Part shown: positions 1 through 12,948 of the stretch, piece by piece
How positions within the stretch are numbered: the first letter of the stretch is position 1
How the letters are laid out: each line of letters starts with the position of its first letter
From: Peribolospora baueri
Taxonomy: Eukaryota
NCBI GenBank assembly: GCA_029717555.1
Contig: JAMDHS010000057.1
Coordinates: 62,001 to 126,000 of the forward strand
Reading direction: 5' to 3'
Length of the DNA stretch: 64,000 nt
Notes under the pieces: model-generated
The model's database searches: none
What the model saw: the letters and a program-made list of their open reading frames with translations, nothing else
What the model was told of the DNA's origin: nothing
Translations under genes and position numbers: made by a program

Positions 1-1593
1 TTTGTGCGGGGAAGGCCGGGGAAAGATGGAGAGTGGGTGAATGGCTGGAAGGAAGGAAGGAAAGGTGCTGGCAGCATCGACCAGCTTCTCCACCTCAATC
101 CCCGTCTCCGTCTCCGTCTCCGTGGTGCCCCGCCCCCACGATGGAACGAAGGCGGGGGTGATGGCGACGTCGAGTCGAGTCGAGGGTCGTCGGAGTGCCG
201 TGCCGTGCAGTGCAGCACATCGCTTGCTTGGCCACTCGCGTGCCTGCTCGTCTTTCCGACCCTCCCCTCTCCTCGTCTTGTCTCTTCCTCGCCTTGCCTT
301 GCTTTGCCTCGCCTGGATAGGTGGCCCTCGACAACCGTCTCGGCCACGTCACGGCGGAGGCTGATCGCTGGCAGGAGGATCTCCCCTTCTCTTTGCGTCC
401 TCGCCCCTGGCCAGCTAGCTTGCTGACCAGCGTCCGCCATACCCCCGCAGCAGCTGCGGCCTCCCCGCACGGAATGGGGGCGACGGACGACGCTGGCTGG
501 TTGGTTGGCTTTTCATGCCACGCACGCGACCGGAGGAAGACGGCGGACGGAAGGAAGGAAATGCGGAGATATGGATGGATAGATGGATAGACGGATGGAT
601 AGATGGGTGGAGCAGATAGCCGTACAGGAAGAAGAAGAAGAAGAAGCACGTCCGCATACCATACCGTACAGCACAGACAGACAGTACATACCCGGATGGG
701 GTGCGTGGATAGACGACGTCCCGGTTGGCTGCCCTGCCCTCGCCGGTTGGCTGGCTGGGATTGTTTTCGGTCGGAGAGGAGAGATGGACACACACACATA
801 CCCGATGGGCCGGATATAAGCCAGCGCCTGGTCGAGGCAGACAGCAGACAGCAGACAGCAGAGCAGACAAACGAGCGCCCTGGAGGACCAAGAGAGCGAA
901 CGAGAAGAGGCGAGGCGAGGCGGATTCCCGCGTCCGAGTCGGGGAGAGCGATTCCTTGTCCTTGTCCTTGTCTTGTCCTTGTCCTCGTCCTCGCTCGTCC
1001 TTGTCGTCGCTGACGGCAGAAGAACAACCCCTCTCCGCGCCGTACATCGTTCGACCAAACCCCACCTGCTTGCACAACTGCGCCGCAGACTCACCCACGC
1101 GCTTCACTTCTCTCGCTCCACTACGTCACTACGGGACAGGTCGGGCGGGAGCTTAATAATAATAACTGGCCAGGCAGGCATCGTCGCCAAAGCCAGGGAG
1201 TAGGTCGTCGAGAGTCGGGACAGGTCGGAGCCCCGCATTCTTCTCCACGCACCCCACATCCCCTTCTCCTCGTCGAGCGAGCCTCGTCGGACGGCTGCCG
1301 GAAGCGGTCAGCGCTCACAAAACACCAAAGGAATGCCATCGCGTCTCATCGCCCTTCCTTCCATCCTTGGCCACAGTCCATGGCCGATCTACGCGCTTGT
1401 TCTTCCAACGCCAGCACCCTCCCATCCATCGAGCTCTGTCACAACACAACGCCTACCTGACACCGACCGGAACACCGGCGTTGGTCTCCCACGTGGTCCA
1501 CATCCATCGTCTTGCTCAGTCGCCGCCGCATCGACGTGAACTGTCGTCACGTCACCGCTCGTCTCGTTTCGTCTTGTCGCGTCGCAGAACAAC

Positions 1594-3525
1594 TTGGTTG
1601 ATTGATTTATTCGGTTTAGGGTCCGTAAGTCAGGCTAATAGGGCCTAGAGGGGACACTAACGCGTACATCGTGGAAAAAGAAAGGAACTGCGGTAGTGCG
1701 GGCAGGTCGAAGCGGCGAGTGGGGGAAGGGAGGGGACAGTCAAGTAGGACGAGCACGATATGAGAAAAGCATAGCCCTGGTCGCAGGGGGTGGGTAAGGG
1801 AATCAAAGACTCATATAACTGTGCGGACACACAAAAGTGCCGGTGCAGGGGGTACTTCAGGGATGAGTGACGAGTTGGCAGACCGGTTCGGACAGCGGGT
1901 CAGTTTAGCCCCTATGGAGGATGGAGGGGTCGTTGGGGGGGGGGGAAGGGTCGTAGGAGGGTGGGCGGGGTTCGGGGGAGGCATCTGGACCGCCGGGGCA
2001 GACATATCGGCGGCGAGAAGTGTCGAGGTCGTCGATGTCGAGATCGAGCTGAGAAGCGCCGGAGCCGACACCGAACGAGCGAGAGAAGCGACCAGCGTCC
2101 CTGATAAACCTCGCGGTGAGGATCATGGCTCGGGGGTGGAATAGGAGCGTGTGGAGGTCCTGGGTGGGGAGTCGCCGGGCCGCCAGCTCGTCGCGAAGAG
2201 ACCGTCGCTGCTCTCTCCAGCGCGGGCAGAAGAGGAGGAAGTGAGCTACGGTCTCCGCACGCCCGCACGACGTGCACTTGTCGTCGTCCGCCGCGCGGAC
2301 CCTGTGCAGGTAGCTGGAGAGAGGACAGTGGCCGGATCGTAACTGGACTATCAGCGCAGCGGCGCCTCTCCCCAGGCGAGACAGTGCAGCAAAGGTGGGA
2401 CGTGGCAGCGCATCCCTGCGCAGGTACGCGTACCATGCGCCAGCCAAGCTGGGTCGTAAGCCGAAAGAAGGGCCGGGATCGTTCAGCTTCGCGAGGCGTT
2501 TCCTAGCCGCTTTGGCGGCCGCGGGAGAGCGGGGAAAAGCCGTGAGGAAGGACGAGAGGCTGTCGTCCCAGGGTGATGACAGCAGCCTGACTTGCTCCGC
2601 CGCAGCTGCTTTGGCGGCCGCATCCGCCGCTTCATTGCCGGGTATGCCTTCGTGCCCCGGGCACCACTGAGCATGGATGGCGACCTGGTATTGAAGGCAT
2701 AGCAGCTGAATAGACCGAAGAATGCGGATTAGGATATGCTGGCCTCCGCGGCCACGGGGCGGCGCATCGAGCGCCCGAACGGCCGCCTGGTTGTCCAAGT
2801 GGAGCCAGAGCTCGCGGCCCTGGTTTGACGATTCGGAGCCGGCCCATACCTGCCGAGCCAGATCAAGGGCGAGTAGCACGCCGACTAGCTCCGCCTCGTA
2901 GACTGTACGCCCAGCGGCAGGACCGAGCGATGCCTGAAGGGACAGTCCCACCGCCGGTGCAACCGCGGCCACTCCCACAGCGGGGCAGCCGCTACCATCT
3001 GTTGTGAGCTCGCCGTGAGAGGAGCCATCGGAATAAATGTCTAGTCGAGCGAGAGGGTCGGAGGTGGGCGCGAGATCACGATATAGCCGTCGTGCCGTCG
3101 TCCGCCCGGTCGCAACGTGCGGCCAGACAGACCTCGGGGACCAGGGGGGGGAGGGCGAGGCTACGAACCGCTCCAGATCGAGCGGTAGGCGTGGTGCCAG
3201 CGGACTGTAGGAGCCAGCGCAGCGGACCAGGGCGGGTGGAACGGGTGTCCGGGTGGGCTTGTTTACGTGCAGCGAGCGCTACCGGAATTGACGATGGCCG
3301 TGTGAGAAGCACGACCACCTCCTCTTCGGCAGCGCGTCGAAGGCGAAGGTAGCTATGGCGAAGGTCGTCGTCGAAATAGAGGGCGTTGATCGGCGTGGTG
3401 CAGAATGCACCGAGTAGCGCTCGGGCAGCCAGACGTTGCACCTTGTCGATCTGCTCCGCGTGACCGGACGTCGAGGATCGTGGAAGCCATTGAAGTACAG
3501 CAAAGTCTGTGATCGCTGTGACGTC
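1594..3525 (-). mobile_element. 5'-truncated non-LTR retrotransposon (Tad1/I-group LINE): RT C-terminus, RNase H and CCHC zinc finger, with one frameshift
   Basis: Minus strand reads VTAITDFAVLQW..KVQRLAARALLGAFCTTPINAL (end of RT) in one frame. A second frame gives DLERFVASPSPPW, RNase H motifs IYSDGS / VYEAELVG / LHLDNQAA / WCPGH / GNEAAD, and CTSC..ETVAHFLLFC, with the stop at 1905. A ~300-nt 3' UTR ends in AATAAA (1611-1606) plus a TCAA-TCAA-CCAA tail. The 5' boundary is approximate. Confidence 0.9.
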
Positions 3526-4139
3526 CCCACGTCGTCCGCTTTTCTCCATCATCGCCATCGCCCATGCCGCAGTCAGACAGACCGCAAGGTGACACCAAAT
3601 CGACGTCATCGTCGTCGTCCGTCGGCGCACTACTGACGCTTCTGAGTGAGCCAAGGCTAGCCCAAGTCGCTTGCTTTCTTCACTTTTGCTCCTCGAATGG
3701 CCAGCGGTGTGTCCGTCAGCTGGCCTTTTATCCGGCCGATGCGCATCGGCGGCCCACACCGACCGACCGATGGCGATCACAGGCGGCGTATCTTCTAATG
3801 ACGCCCGCCTGTCTTCTCCAGCCCTGCCCAGCCCCCTCTTCCAGCCACCCCAGGGACACAGTCCTATCCGAGAATGCTTGCTTGCTCCCCTTTATCTACA
3901 GCCCCGTTCGACGCTATGTTCCCCTTTGCCTCCTCTTCCTCCTTTCACAGACACACTCGACGCTTTTCTTTCTTTTTGCCCCCATCTCTCTCCAAATCGA
4001 CTGGGACGACGCAGTTCTCCTCATTTAGACAAGTAGACACTTTACACTCTAGACTCTAGACTCTAGACTTTACCTCTTTCCTCCCCCGACTCGCCGCCCT
4101 TCTTTCCCTTTCGGCGAGCGAACCGGCAACGGCACCACC

Positions 4140-7100
4140 ATGTCGCCTTTCTCGAAGAAGCAAGATCAGACCAACGTCTCCCGGACGGAGAACGAGAAGG
4201 CCGACGTCCCTCGGCCGAGGGCGCCGGCGAGGGCTGACTCGTCTGCCGCTTCCGAGCTCGCCCTTCGCAGGACTAGGAGCTCTGCAAGCGGCCTTAGTAG
4301 GGCTGTCACTGGCGGCGGACACGGGCTCACGAGGAAGGGTGCGTGGCGGCGTCTTAACTTTTGGCTTGCTCTCGACGGGCTTGTCTCCCTCCCCCAGTTT
4401 GCAGGTCGCATCCGTCGCCGCGCGTTTATGCGAGATCTAGCTTCTCATGCCCGGTTCATCACTGCATCCGCATGCATTTCTTCTCGGCCTTAACAGGAAG
4501 GTTCCAGTCAAAGACTACCCCGCCCCAGGAGCCCGAGTGGGCCAAGCTGTTCCCGGGCGCATACGACGAGAAGAGGGTCGTCAAGCTCAATGGCACAAAG
4601 CTCAAATGGGCCATTCAGATCATTGCCGGTCTTGCCATTCTGTTGGTTCTTTTTTTTTTTCGTCCGTGTGGCGAGGGGCGAGGGAGAGGACGAGCATTCA
4701 CGCCTTTCGTTGTCGCCTTTCGTCTGGGACTTTTTTTAGTTTCTACGGATATGACCAGGTGAGGCGACATTCGAGCCCGTAGTTCGGCAGGGAAAACTGA
4801 CGTCCGCGCCCATGTCACGACGTCATTTTCACCCTCGATCCGAAGGGTGTCATGTCGGGCGTCAACAATCAGCCCAACTACAAGCGCCTCATGGGAACCG
4901 ACTCGGACCTTCTGTACCCCGGCGCCCGACAGAGTCAGCGTGACTCGGCCGCCATCGGCGGCATCGTTGCCAGTGAGTGAAATTTTCGGCTCAGGTGATG
5001 TTTCGTGGGTTCGGTAGCTCATGCCCTCCCTACAGTCTACTATCTCGGCACCCTCATCGGAGGCCTCCTTGGTGGCTGGCTCGGTGACAAGATCGGCCGC
5101 GTCAAGACCATCCTCTTTGGTTGCGCCTGGGCCGTCCTCGGCGCCGCGCTGCAGAGCTCTGCGCAGAATATCGTTTGGATGATGTTTGCGCGCGTCATCA
5201 GTGAGTCTGCCGAGAGTGGAAGGACGAGACCCGCCTTCGCGCGTGCGCGGACCATGGGACTCCCGCTCACCCAGGACTCTGCTTTCATCATCAGCCGGTG
5301 TTGGCACCGGAAACTTGAACGCCATCGTTCCCGTCTGGACTGCCGAGCTTTCTACACACGATGCCCGCGGCGCCGCTCTCGGCTTCGAGTTCTTCCTTAA
5401 CATCCTTGGGTGCGTGCGTAGTTAGCCCCGCGCGCGTTGGTCATCGGTTCTTTCGGGCCCCCTTTGGCTCATCCCGCGCCTTCCGCCTTCGCCTTCCGCA
5501 GACTCGCCCTAGCCTATTGGATCGAGTACGGCGTGCGCGACAAGAACCCGAGCTTTGCCTGGCGTTTCCCGCTTGCCTTCCAGGAGGTCTTTCTCATCAT
5601 GCTCCTCTTCACCATCCCCTTCTTCCCCGAGTCGCCTCGGTGGCTCGCCAAGGTTCGTCGTCGTCGTCTCCATCATGTTGTCGTGTCGTGTATATGACCG
5701 CAAATGCTGAACTCGCGTTCATGTCGCCGCCCCTGCTGCCTCTATGCAGATGGGAAGGGAAGACGAGGCCCGCCGACTCCTCGCGCGGCTCCGTACCGAG
5801 ACCAATGACGAGGACTCGCTCGAGGTCGAGAACGAGCTGTACGATATCATGGAGGTCGTCGGTAAGTCGCCGGTGCAGCCGTCAGCCTTCCCTCCTTCCT
5901 TATCCCGCCCACCCCGACCCTAATACGCTCGCTTTCCTTCCCTGGCCCCAGAGGTTGAACGTACGGAAGAAGGTAGCAATAACTACATTAAGATGATGAC
6001 CGTCAAAGACGCGTACAACACCCGCCGCCGCGTCTGGCTCACCATATGGCTGCAGATCATGGTCCGTCATCGTCCTCTCCATGGGAAAGCGAGCCAAAAC
6101 GGCGGCAAAAGTCTGACGTTCTGTTTCCCTTTTGTCCCTCACAGCAAGAGCTCGTCGGCATCGGCGTCATCACCGTTTACGCGCCCACCGCCTTCCAGCA
6201 AGCCGGTTACACGTCCCAAACGGCCGATTTGCTCTCCGGCATCAACGTGCGTTTGTTTTTCTTGGGCGAACGTCGTCTTCTTTTCCATTGCCCCCCGCCA
6301 TTCATACCATGGCCTCTTTTGCCGTCTCTGCTGCTCAGGACACCGTCTACGCCTTTTCCGTCCTCATCGCCGTCATCACGTTGGACCGCTACGGACGTCG
6401 AAGTGGGTGGCCTGTCCACCTGGGGATCGCCCACCTTGGACCTTTCAAGCTGATGTGAACTTGGCACACTTTGACAGATACCCTCTACGTGGGAGCCTTG
6501 ATCATGGCTCTCTCTCTCATCATTTGCACTTTCTCCGGAAAGTACTCGCTGCAGTACAACGACATGGGAAACACCGGCGAGAGCAAAAAGGTCAGCCCGA
6601 GCGCTGCTCTTTCGTTCATTCATCACCCGTCGCTGGTAAAAATTGCACACCTCACCGACCGTTCACGTTCTTCTTTCTTCGCCCGTCTCGCTATGCAGTG
6701 GGGGGGAGCCGTCACCTTTGGCATCTTCCTCTACACGTCTACGTTTGGCGCCACGTGGCTAACGGTGCCTTGGCTCTATCCCACGGAAGTGAGTGTGTCT
6801 CGAGGCTCTTTCATGCTCCTCGTTGGGGCTTTGGGCGAACGAATACTGTCAATTGCTGTGGGCGGAAGGGGTCGAGGAGCGACGAGTCGGAGCAACGTCC
6901 CCGTAATCTGGCTGAGGCTGACGCGATGCGATGCGATGCACATTCACCCCCTTCTACCCACTTTCAGATCTTCCCGTTGTCGGTCCGTGCAAAGGGCGGA
7001 GCATACAGCGTCATCGGTTGGTCCATCGGTGAGCGGCTTTGTTGGTCGCAGAGCACACAAGTCTTTCACCAATTGACTTGACTTTGGCGCGGCTTGCCTT

Positions 7101-7797
7101 GTCCGCTCCGCAGGAAATGGCATCGTCACCGAGATCACCCCGTGAGTTCGGGCGGACACTTCCGTCCGTTTCTCCGTTGCGCCCCACTCTTTTTCGGAAG
7201 GTGTGACTGACGGCATGTTCGATCTCTCTTGGCCAATGTTTCAGGTTTCTGTTCAATGCCATCACGTACTGGACCTTCCTCCTGTTCGCATTGCTGAACA
7301 TCTTTTGTCTGCCCTTCGTTTGGGCTTGGTATCCCGAGACGTGAGTCCAGGCTGCGCGGTCCGAATCTCATGACGTCTTCAGTCCGACAGGTCCACGACG
7401 GCGCAGCTGACCTCATCATTTGCTCCACTACCCCCTTCTCTCTTTCCCGTTGCAAGGGCTGGCCGCACGCTCGAGGAGATGGACGTCCTCTTCTCCGGTC
7501 CGCTTTACGTCCCAGCGGCTGAGAAACTCATGCAGGAGATTGAGAACCAGGATCCTGACATTATGGATCGTGCTCGCCGCGGTGACAAGTGCGTCGTCTC
7601 GTCCCTTTTTTTCCGCTCGGCCCTCGTCGCGAGCCTTTTTCAAACGGCACGAGGAACTGACTTTACTTGACTCGACCTTTGTCCTTTCCAGGCGCGCCTT
7701 CGATGCCGCTCTCATCTCCCATCACGAGCGCTCTACGCCTGCCACCCGCCGTAATTCGGCTGATCTCGAGACGGTGCCGACCCCACCATCTGGGTAA
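4140..7797 (+). CDS. MFS sugar porter family transporter (STL1/glycerol-polyol transporter-like), about 17 introns
   Basis: Spliced motifs: FYGYDQGVMSGVNN, GWLGDKIGR, FFPESPRWL, TLDRYGRR, WLYPTEIFPLSVRAKG, YPETAGRTLEEMDVLF. GT..AG introns keep the frame, including a 19-nt exon at 4740-4758. Confidence 0.93.
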
Positions 7798-8466
7798 CAC
7801 TCACGGTGGTTCCGACTCCGAGGCGGCGACACGCTCCCGTGCTGATTAGGCCTAGGAGGCCCGCTCCACAAGCAAGGAGCCGAAGGGCTCCCTCTTTCGT
7901 TTCTCGTTTCTTTCTTGTTCCCCCTACTTTGGCCTTCTTGCCTTTGCTTTCCTTTCGTCCTTGTTCGTCTCCGGTTTATAACTGCGCAGCGCTCGTCCTG
8001 CCTTCCTCGTTGTCCCCCGTTTCCTCGGAGGTGTCTGGTTTTCGGTGTAGATGTTCGACTGCAGTGCCGTCGGAAAGATTCCGGACCGCGACCGCCTCTT
8101 TTGCTCGCTTCGTATTCTTTTTTTCTTTTCATCTGTGGACGTCACTGTGACGCGATGTAGGCAAGTGACAGACGTTTGCAATTGCCAGAGTCCCCGCCGA
8201 CGATCGAGTCCGTTTCGCTTGACCACGGCTGCGGCGAACGAGGCACCGGAGATAAGGAACATGCATATCCGACTTGCCCTCCTCCGCTCGCCTTCCGACG
8301 TCAACGTCGTCATCTCATGTCCTCTGGACGCCTCCTTCCTTCGTCTCTATCGCCCACTCGCCTCGCTGCCACCTTTCCTTTTCGTCGTTCCCTTAGACTA
8401 CACCCGACGACCCTCGTCACCAGCCCCCGCCGCACTCTCCCTGTCGCCACTTGTTGGAGCACCAGC

Positions 8467-9535
8467 ATGAGCACCTCCGCTTCCTCGTCGGAGACAGGGA
8501 AGATGTCGATAGAGCAGCTGCGCGAGCAGCGCGCGTGGGACCATTTGGCCACCAGGATGGAGGGCTTTCATAATTACTTCAGGCAGAGCTTCAAGCAGAT
8601 CTACAAGTGAGTCTTGCTTCTCTCTTTTTTCCCCCTCTTTTGCTCGTCCATCCTCGGGCGCACGTGCGCGCGCCGACTGACTGACCGGATCTTCCCTTTC
8701 CTGCCCGTCTCTCTTCTTCTTTTCGCTGTCTCCGCTCGCGCTCGCGGCGACAGCTTCGCGGACAAGTACGAGCGACTAGGTATGGACCTGAACGACTTTC
8801 TTGATTTTGCGGACGACCTGCATCACCATCTGAATGCGCATCATAGCATCGAGGAGGTGAGCTTGGAGCGCGGCGTTGATCGTGCTTCCTTCATCCGGTG
8901 ACACATCAAGTCTGAGCAGGCATCATGTGCCTGACATCCCTGACGATGGCTTTCCAACGCTCTCTCGTCCATTTGGATTTTTCACCGGCCTCGCAGCGCT
9001 ACGTCTTCCCAATGCTCGGCGAGCGAATGCCAGAGTTCAAGCAAGACGGCGGCAGGCATTTGCAAGAACACGCAGAGATCCACGAGGGTGGGTGACGACA
9101 GACGGCGTTCATGACTTTTTGCTTCGATTATGTGTGCGAGGGGGGCAAATTGGTGATCGTGTTTCGAAAATCTGCGCCTGGCTGCTCGCTCATATCTATC
9201 TGTCCCCCCCTTCCTTCACACGTCACTCCCTCCTCGCCGTCAGGCCTGGATCGTTACGCAGAGGTGACCAAATCGGCGCGAAAGGACAACACGGCCTACT
9301 CGCCCGCCAAGCTGCGCGAGGCGATGGACTCTTTTGAGAAGGTCTTGTTCGTTCATCTCGACGCTGAGGTGGAGACCTTGAGAGGCACGAGTGAGTGGCG
9401 CTTTTGGTGCTTGCCGTTCGTCATGAACATTTATACAAGCAATCGCTCAACTCAATTTCTTCGTTTTTGCTCTTCTCCGCCAAAGACATGAAAAAGTACT
9501 GGACGCTGGACGAGCTGCGAAGATTGCCGATGTGA
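8467..9535 (+). CDS. Hemerythrin HHE cation-binding domain protein
   Basis: Five exons give MEGFHNYFRQ..HLNAHHSIEERYVFPMLGERMPEF..HLQEHAEIHEGLD..VLFVHLDAEVETL..MKKYWTLDELRRLPM*. The H/HxxxE pattern is typical of the fungal HHE family. Confidence 0.88.
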
Positions 9536-10487
9536 CGTGAACGCGTCTTTCTTCTCCTTCCCAGCCGCCAGCGTTCTTTCTTCGCCGGCTGAGCTGCCGC
9601 CGCTTTGCACGTACATATGCGACGCCGATACCGAGGAACTCCGCTTTTCCTTCATCGCTCAGATAGAACGCCAGATATTGCCGAATTCGACCGGCTACGG
9701 TACGTCGAGCTCCTTCCTTGCACCCGGTGCAGATCGCCGCGCTGGAAGCCGGTCTCGTCCGCCCAGTCCTCCTCCTCTGTGGAGGACCCATGGAGCCTGC
9801 GCGAGGGTGGAAGGAGCGGTCAGCATGTGCTGGAGGGGAGAGATCTGCAGCGGCGCATTCAGTTTCGTCCGCCAAGCATGGGGGGGTCGACATCCACAGA
9901 AAGAGAAAGCGCGAACCCGCCAGTAGAACCCAAAAGGAGCAGACCCCGTTCTTGATCATACCAAGACGGTGCGCACCGGGTGCGCGCGACGACCCTCACC
10001 GCCAGTTTTCATGGCGAAAAGACACGCTGAAGAGCGGTTGTGGACCAGAAACATTGTTTCATGGGTCATGCCCGACGCACTAAATGGCTACATGGTTTCG
10101 GCGGTGGCTATGAAACAAAGGTGCCAAATGTGGCTCAAGTAGGTGAGACGTACAGATGACCTAGCAGAGGAACGCGTAAAGCTAAGGGCGGCACGACGGG
10201 CTCGAGCGCGGGGACGACGTTGAGCATCGTCGTGAGAGGGATCGGATCGAAACGTGCCAGTCACTCGGCCGCACGGAAAGTCGAGCACGGCGGGCGAGGC
10301 TGGGACCGTGAACCAATCGCGCTGGCAAAGGGAAAGCACCTCGAAATTCGATGTGCAGCGTGCACGTCGCGCCGCCAGGGGAGGGGGTGCCGACCCGATC
10401 GACCGCCTGAGCCACCTCCCAATCCGTGGAGCGCGGCGGAGAGTCCAAAGGGAAAGGAGAGGAGTAAGATGGGGTCATTTCAAGAGG

Positions 10488-12948
10488 TCAAAGCTTCTGA
10501 TTCGAAGGTCTCCTGAATGACGGAGACATCGAGTAAGGCGGGTACGCGCCCGCGAACGGCGGCAAGTGCAGGGACCCTTCTAAGCCCAGGGCGTATCCCG
10601 CCGCCGCCTGGGCCGAGCCCGAGGGGGGGTTCGTGGAAGTCCTTGCAGAGGATTCTGCGGAAGGAGAAAGAGGCGGATGAGGGGGTGGCGGAGCCGCTAC
10701 ACCGATGCCTCCTCCGGAGGTGAAGGCCACTCGGCGCTCCATAAGGAGCTGGTGTTGTGTCATGCGGATGCCATGGACGGCCTGCGAAGAAGAAAATGGG
10801 AGATGGGCGGTCAGAGTTGCAGGGGCGGTGGACATTGCAGGGCATGAACGTTTGGTGAAAACAAAAGGCAACGGATATGCAGGTCAGAAATGGCCCCATT
10901 CTCCGATCATGCACATTCGGGAGAGAACGCGCGAAGAAAAGAATTGCGGCCGCTGGTTCACCTGCCTCAAACTCTGCACGTCGTCCTGTAATCGCATGAG
11001 CTCCGCACCAGTGTTCATCTCGTGCCTGTACTCCACCTCGTGCAATGACCTTCCGAGGGAGGACACTTCAGACGAGAGGAGGGAAATGGCAGAGGCGAGC
11101 GTGTCCGGTGGCGGCGGGCGAGGACGAGGTAGGGACGGATTGCGGGGATGGAGACGTGGGACCGCGTCTGTGGAGCCAGACGGCATGAGCGTTGGTGGGC
11201 CTCCCGGGGGCGGAGGGGGGGCGTGAGGAGGAGGCGGGTGATAAGGATGGTGTCCTGACGAACTCTGGACAACAGGTCGACCCGAAGGTGATATGCTTGC
11301 TCGAGGGTGGTGGACCGAGACATTCCAATCGTAAGGCGACAAAAATGGGCGAGGGGAAAGTTCGTATGGAGAAATGACGGATGTGGAAGTGGATGGGCCG
11401 AAGCCATCGAAGTGGTCCGCTGGGGGCGAGAAAAAGTTGGCGCCTTCGGAGAGGGAGCGAGAGTGCATGGGCTCAGAGGTAAAGTAGAATCCCGTCGGCG
11501 AGGCGAGGCCCTCTGTGTCGTCCGCCCCGGTGTCGAGATCCGGGCGCACTTCGCCACCGCCGGCATCGCTCGGCGTCGACCTCTCACTTCGCGCGCTCCG
11601 AGAAGAAGACCTCGGCCTCGCGGAGCCTTGTTTATACCACGGCCCAAGGCTGTTCACGCACCCTTCCACGTCCCTTCTAGTACGCCTCGCTCCAGCCTCC
11701 ATGTCTTCCACGCGCCCTCTCAAGCCCCTGTTTTCCGCCTCCAACTCGGCGATGCGCGAGGTAAAGACGGTGAGGAAGCCTTTGATGGCCTCGAGGGGGC
11801 ACTTGGACAGGTGGTCTTCCTGTCGATCATCCTCGCAACGGCGAAGAGACTTGCGCGGGCCCGTCCAGGGGCAGCCGAAAGACGCATGAGGACAAGACAC
11901 CGGTAGCTCCTCGCAGGTGGATTGATGCTTGGAGAGGTCCGAGCGCACAAATGTGGCCGAACAGTGCTCGCAGGTGACCGTGCGGGCGGGACATATCGAG
12001 CCGTGGGTCTGTGTTCGGAGACGAGAGTCGACCGAGTTGGAAGCGACGTGCTGAACTAGTAAACGTGAGGGAGACGCAAACTCACCTCCATGTCGCAAAA
12101 CTTGACACGACTCCGACAAGCGGGACAGTCTACCATCCTATGCGGACAGCTTTCGAGATGGGACCCGAGGTCTCTACGCAGAGGCTTGGCGCCACACTCG
12201 TCCATGCAGCACGACGTCTCGCGGTACTGGCACGCGTCGCGCAGGTGGGAATCCAGCAGGTGGCGCTGGGTGACGTGGGTGCATCCTAATGGTGCCGAAG
12301 GGCAGGAGACGAGGAGGTCGTTTACCATCTGTCGTTGGAGCCCATTCAAAGGACGAGGAAGCGTATGCCCAGGTAAGCTCCAGGCTCCATCCTCGTGTTC
12401 TTTTACAGCATGTCTCCATGTCGCTTGTCGCTCTACACTCACATTCTTTATGAGCTGATCTCCAGGCCCTAGGCCATCGACGGTTAAAGGGGCGCGACAA
12501 GTAGGGCATGAAGAGGTGTCTTCCAGCGCCCTACACACGCACCTGCCAGCCGTCCAATCCGGCACGACGTTGGATAGAAGGAGCCGGGTGAGCTGACGGG
12601 AGGCCGACACAAAACAAGATACGGTGTTATGGTTGCTCGTTACGATCCTCACCGTTTGCAAAAGGTATGTCGACAACTGCGAGTAGTGACGGGCTCGATG
12701 AAAGGCATCCTGCGCGAACGGGGTCGGCCGTGGCGACAAGGCAAGGGTAAAGCTCGGTCCTCGCGGGCGCAGGTCATTCCATCTGCGATGATGGAGGACG
12801 GAGCGACTTACAGGCAGATGGGACATTTCAAATACGGACTGGTGTGCTCGTCCACGTAGGCGTAGAAATCATTCGAGGCGCTGCTCTCCTCGGGAGTGCG
12901 CTGCGTCGAGCGCTCTCCGCGTGATGATGGAGATTCGGTGGATGACAT
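10488..12948 (-). CDS. C3HC4 RING plus TRAF-type zinc-finger protein (putative E3 ligase), no MATH domain
   Basis: Spliced RING: CPICLMPFIEPVTTRSCRHTFCKRCVCRALEDTSSCPTCR. It is followed by repeated C-x-C-x-H-x-C TRAF fingers (CPSAPLGC..HLRDAC; CEHC..HQSTC; CPHASFGC..HLSKC), coiled coils and a Pro/Ser-rich region. Ends PSNQKL*. Confidence 0.87.

Noticed and set aside
1..1590. Several 100-330 aa ORFs on both strands
   Set aside because: Low-complexity, microsatellite-rich sequence with no recognisable motifs. It looks like UTR, intron or promoter DNA, and long ORFs are expected at this GC content.
1570..3560. Target-site duplication around the LINE
   Set aside because: No matching direct repeat found by eye on the two flanks.
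9537..10480. Short ORFs between the hemerythrin and RING genes
   Set aside because: No family motifs or consistent exon chain; probably convergent 3' UTR or intergenic DNA.
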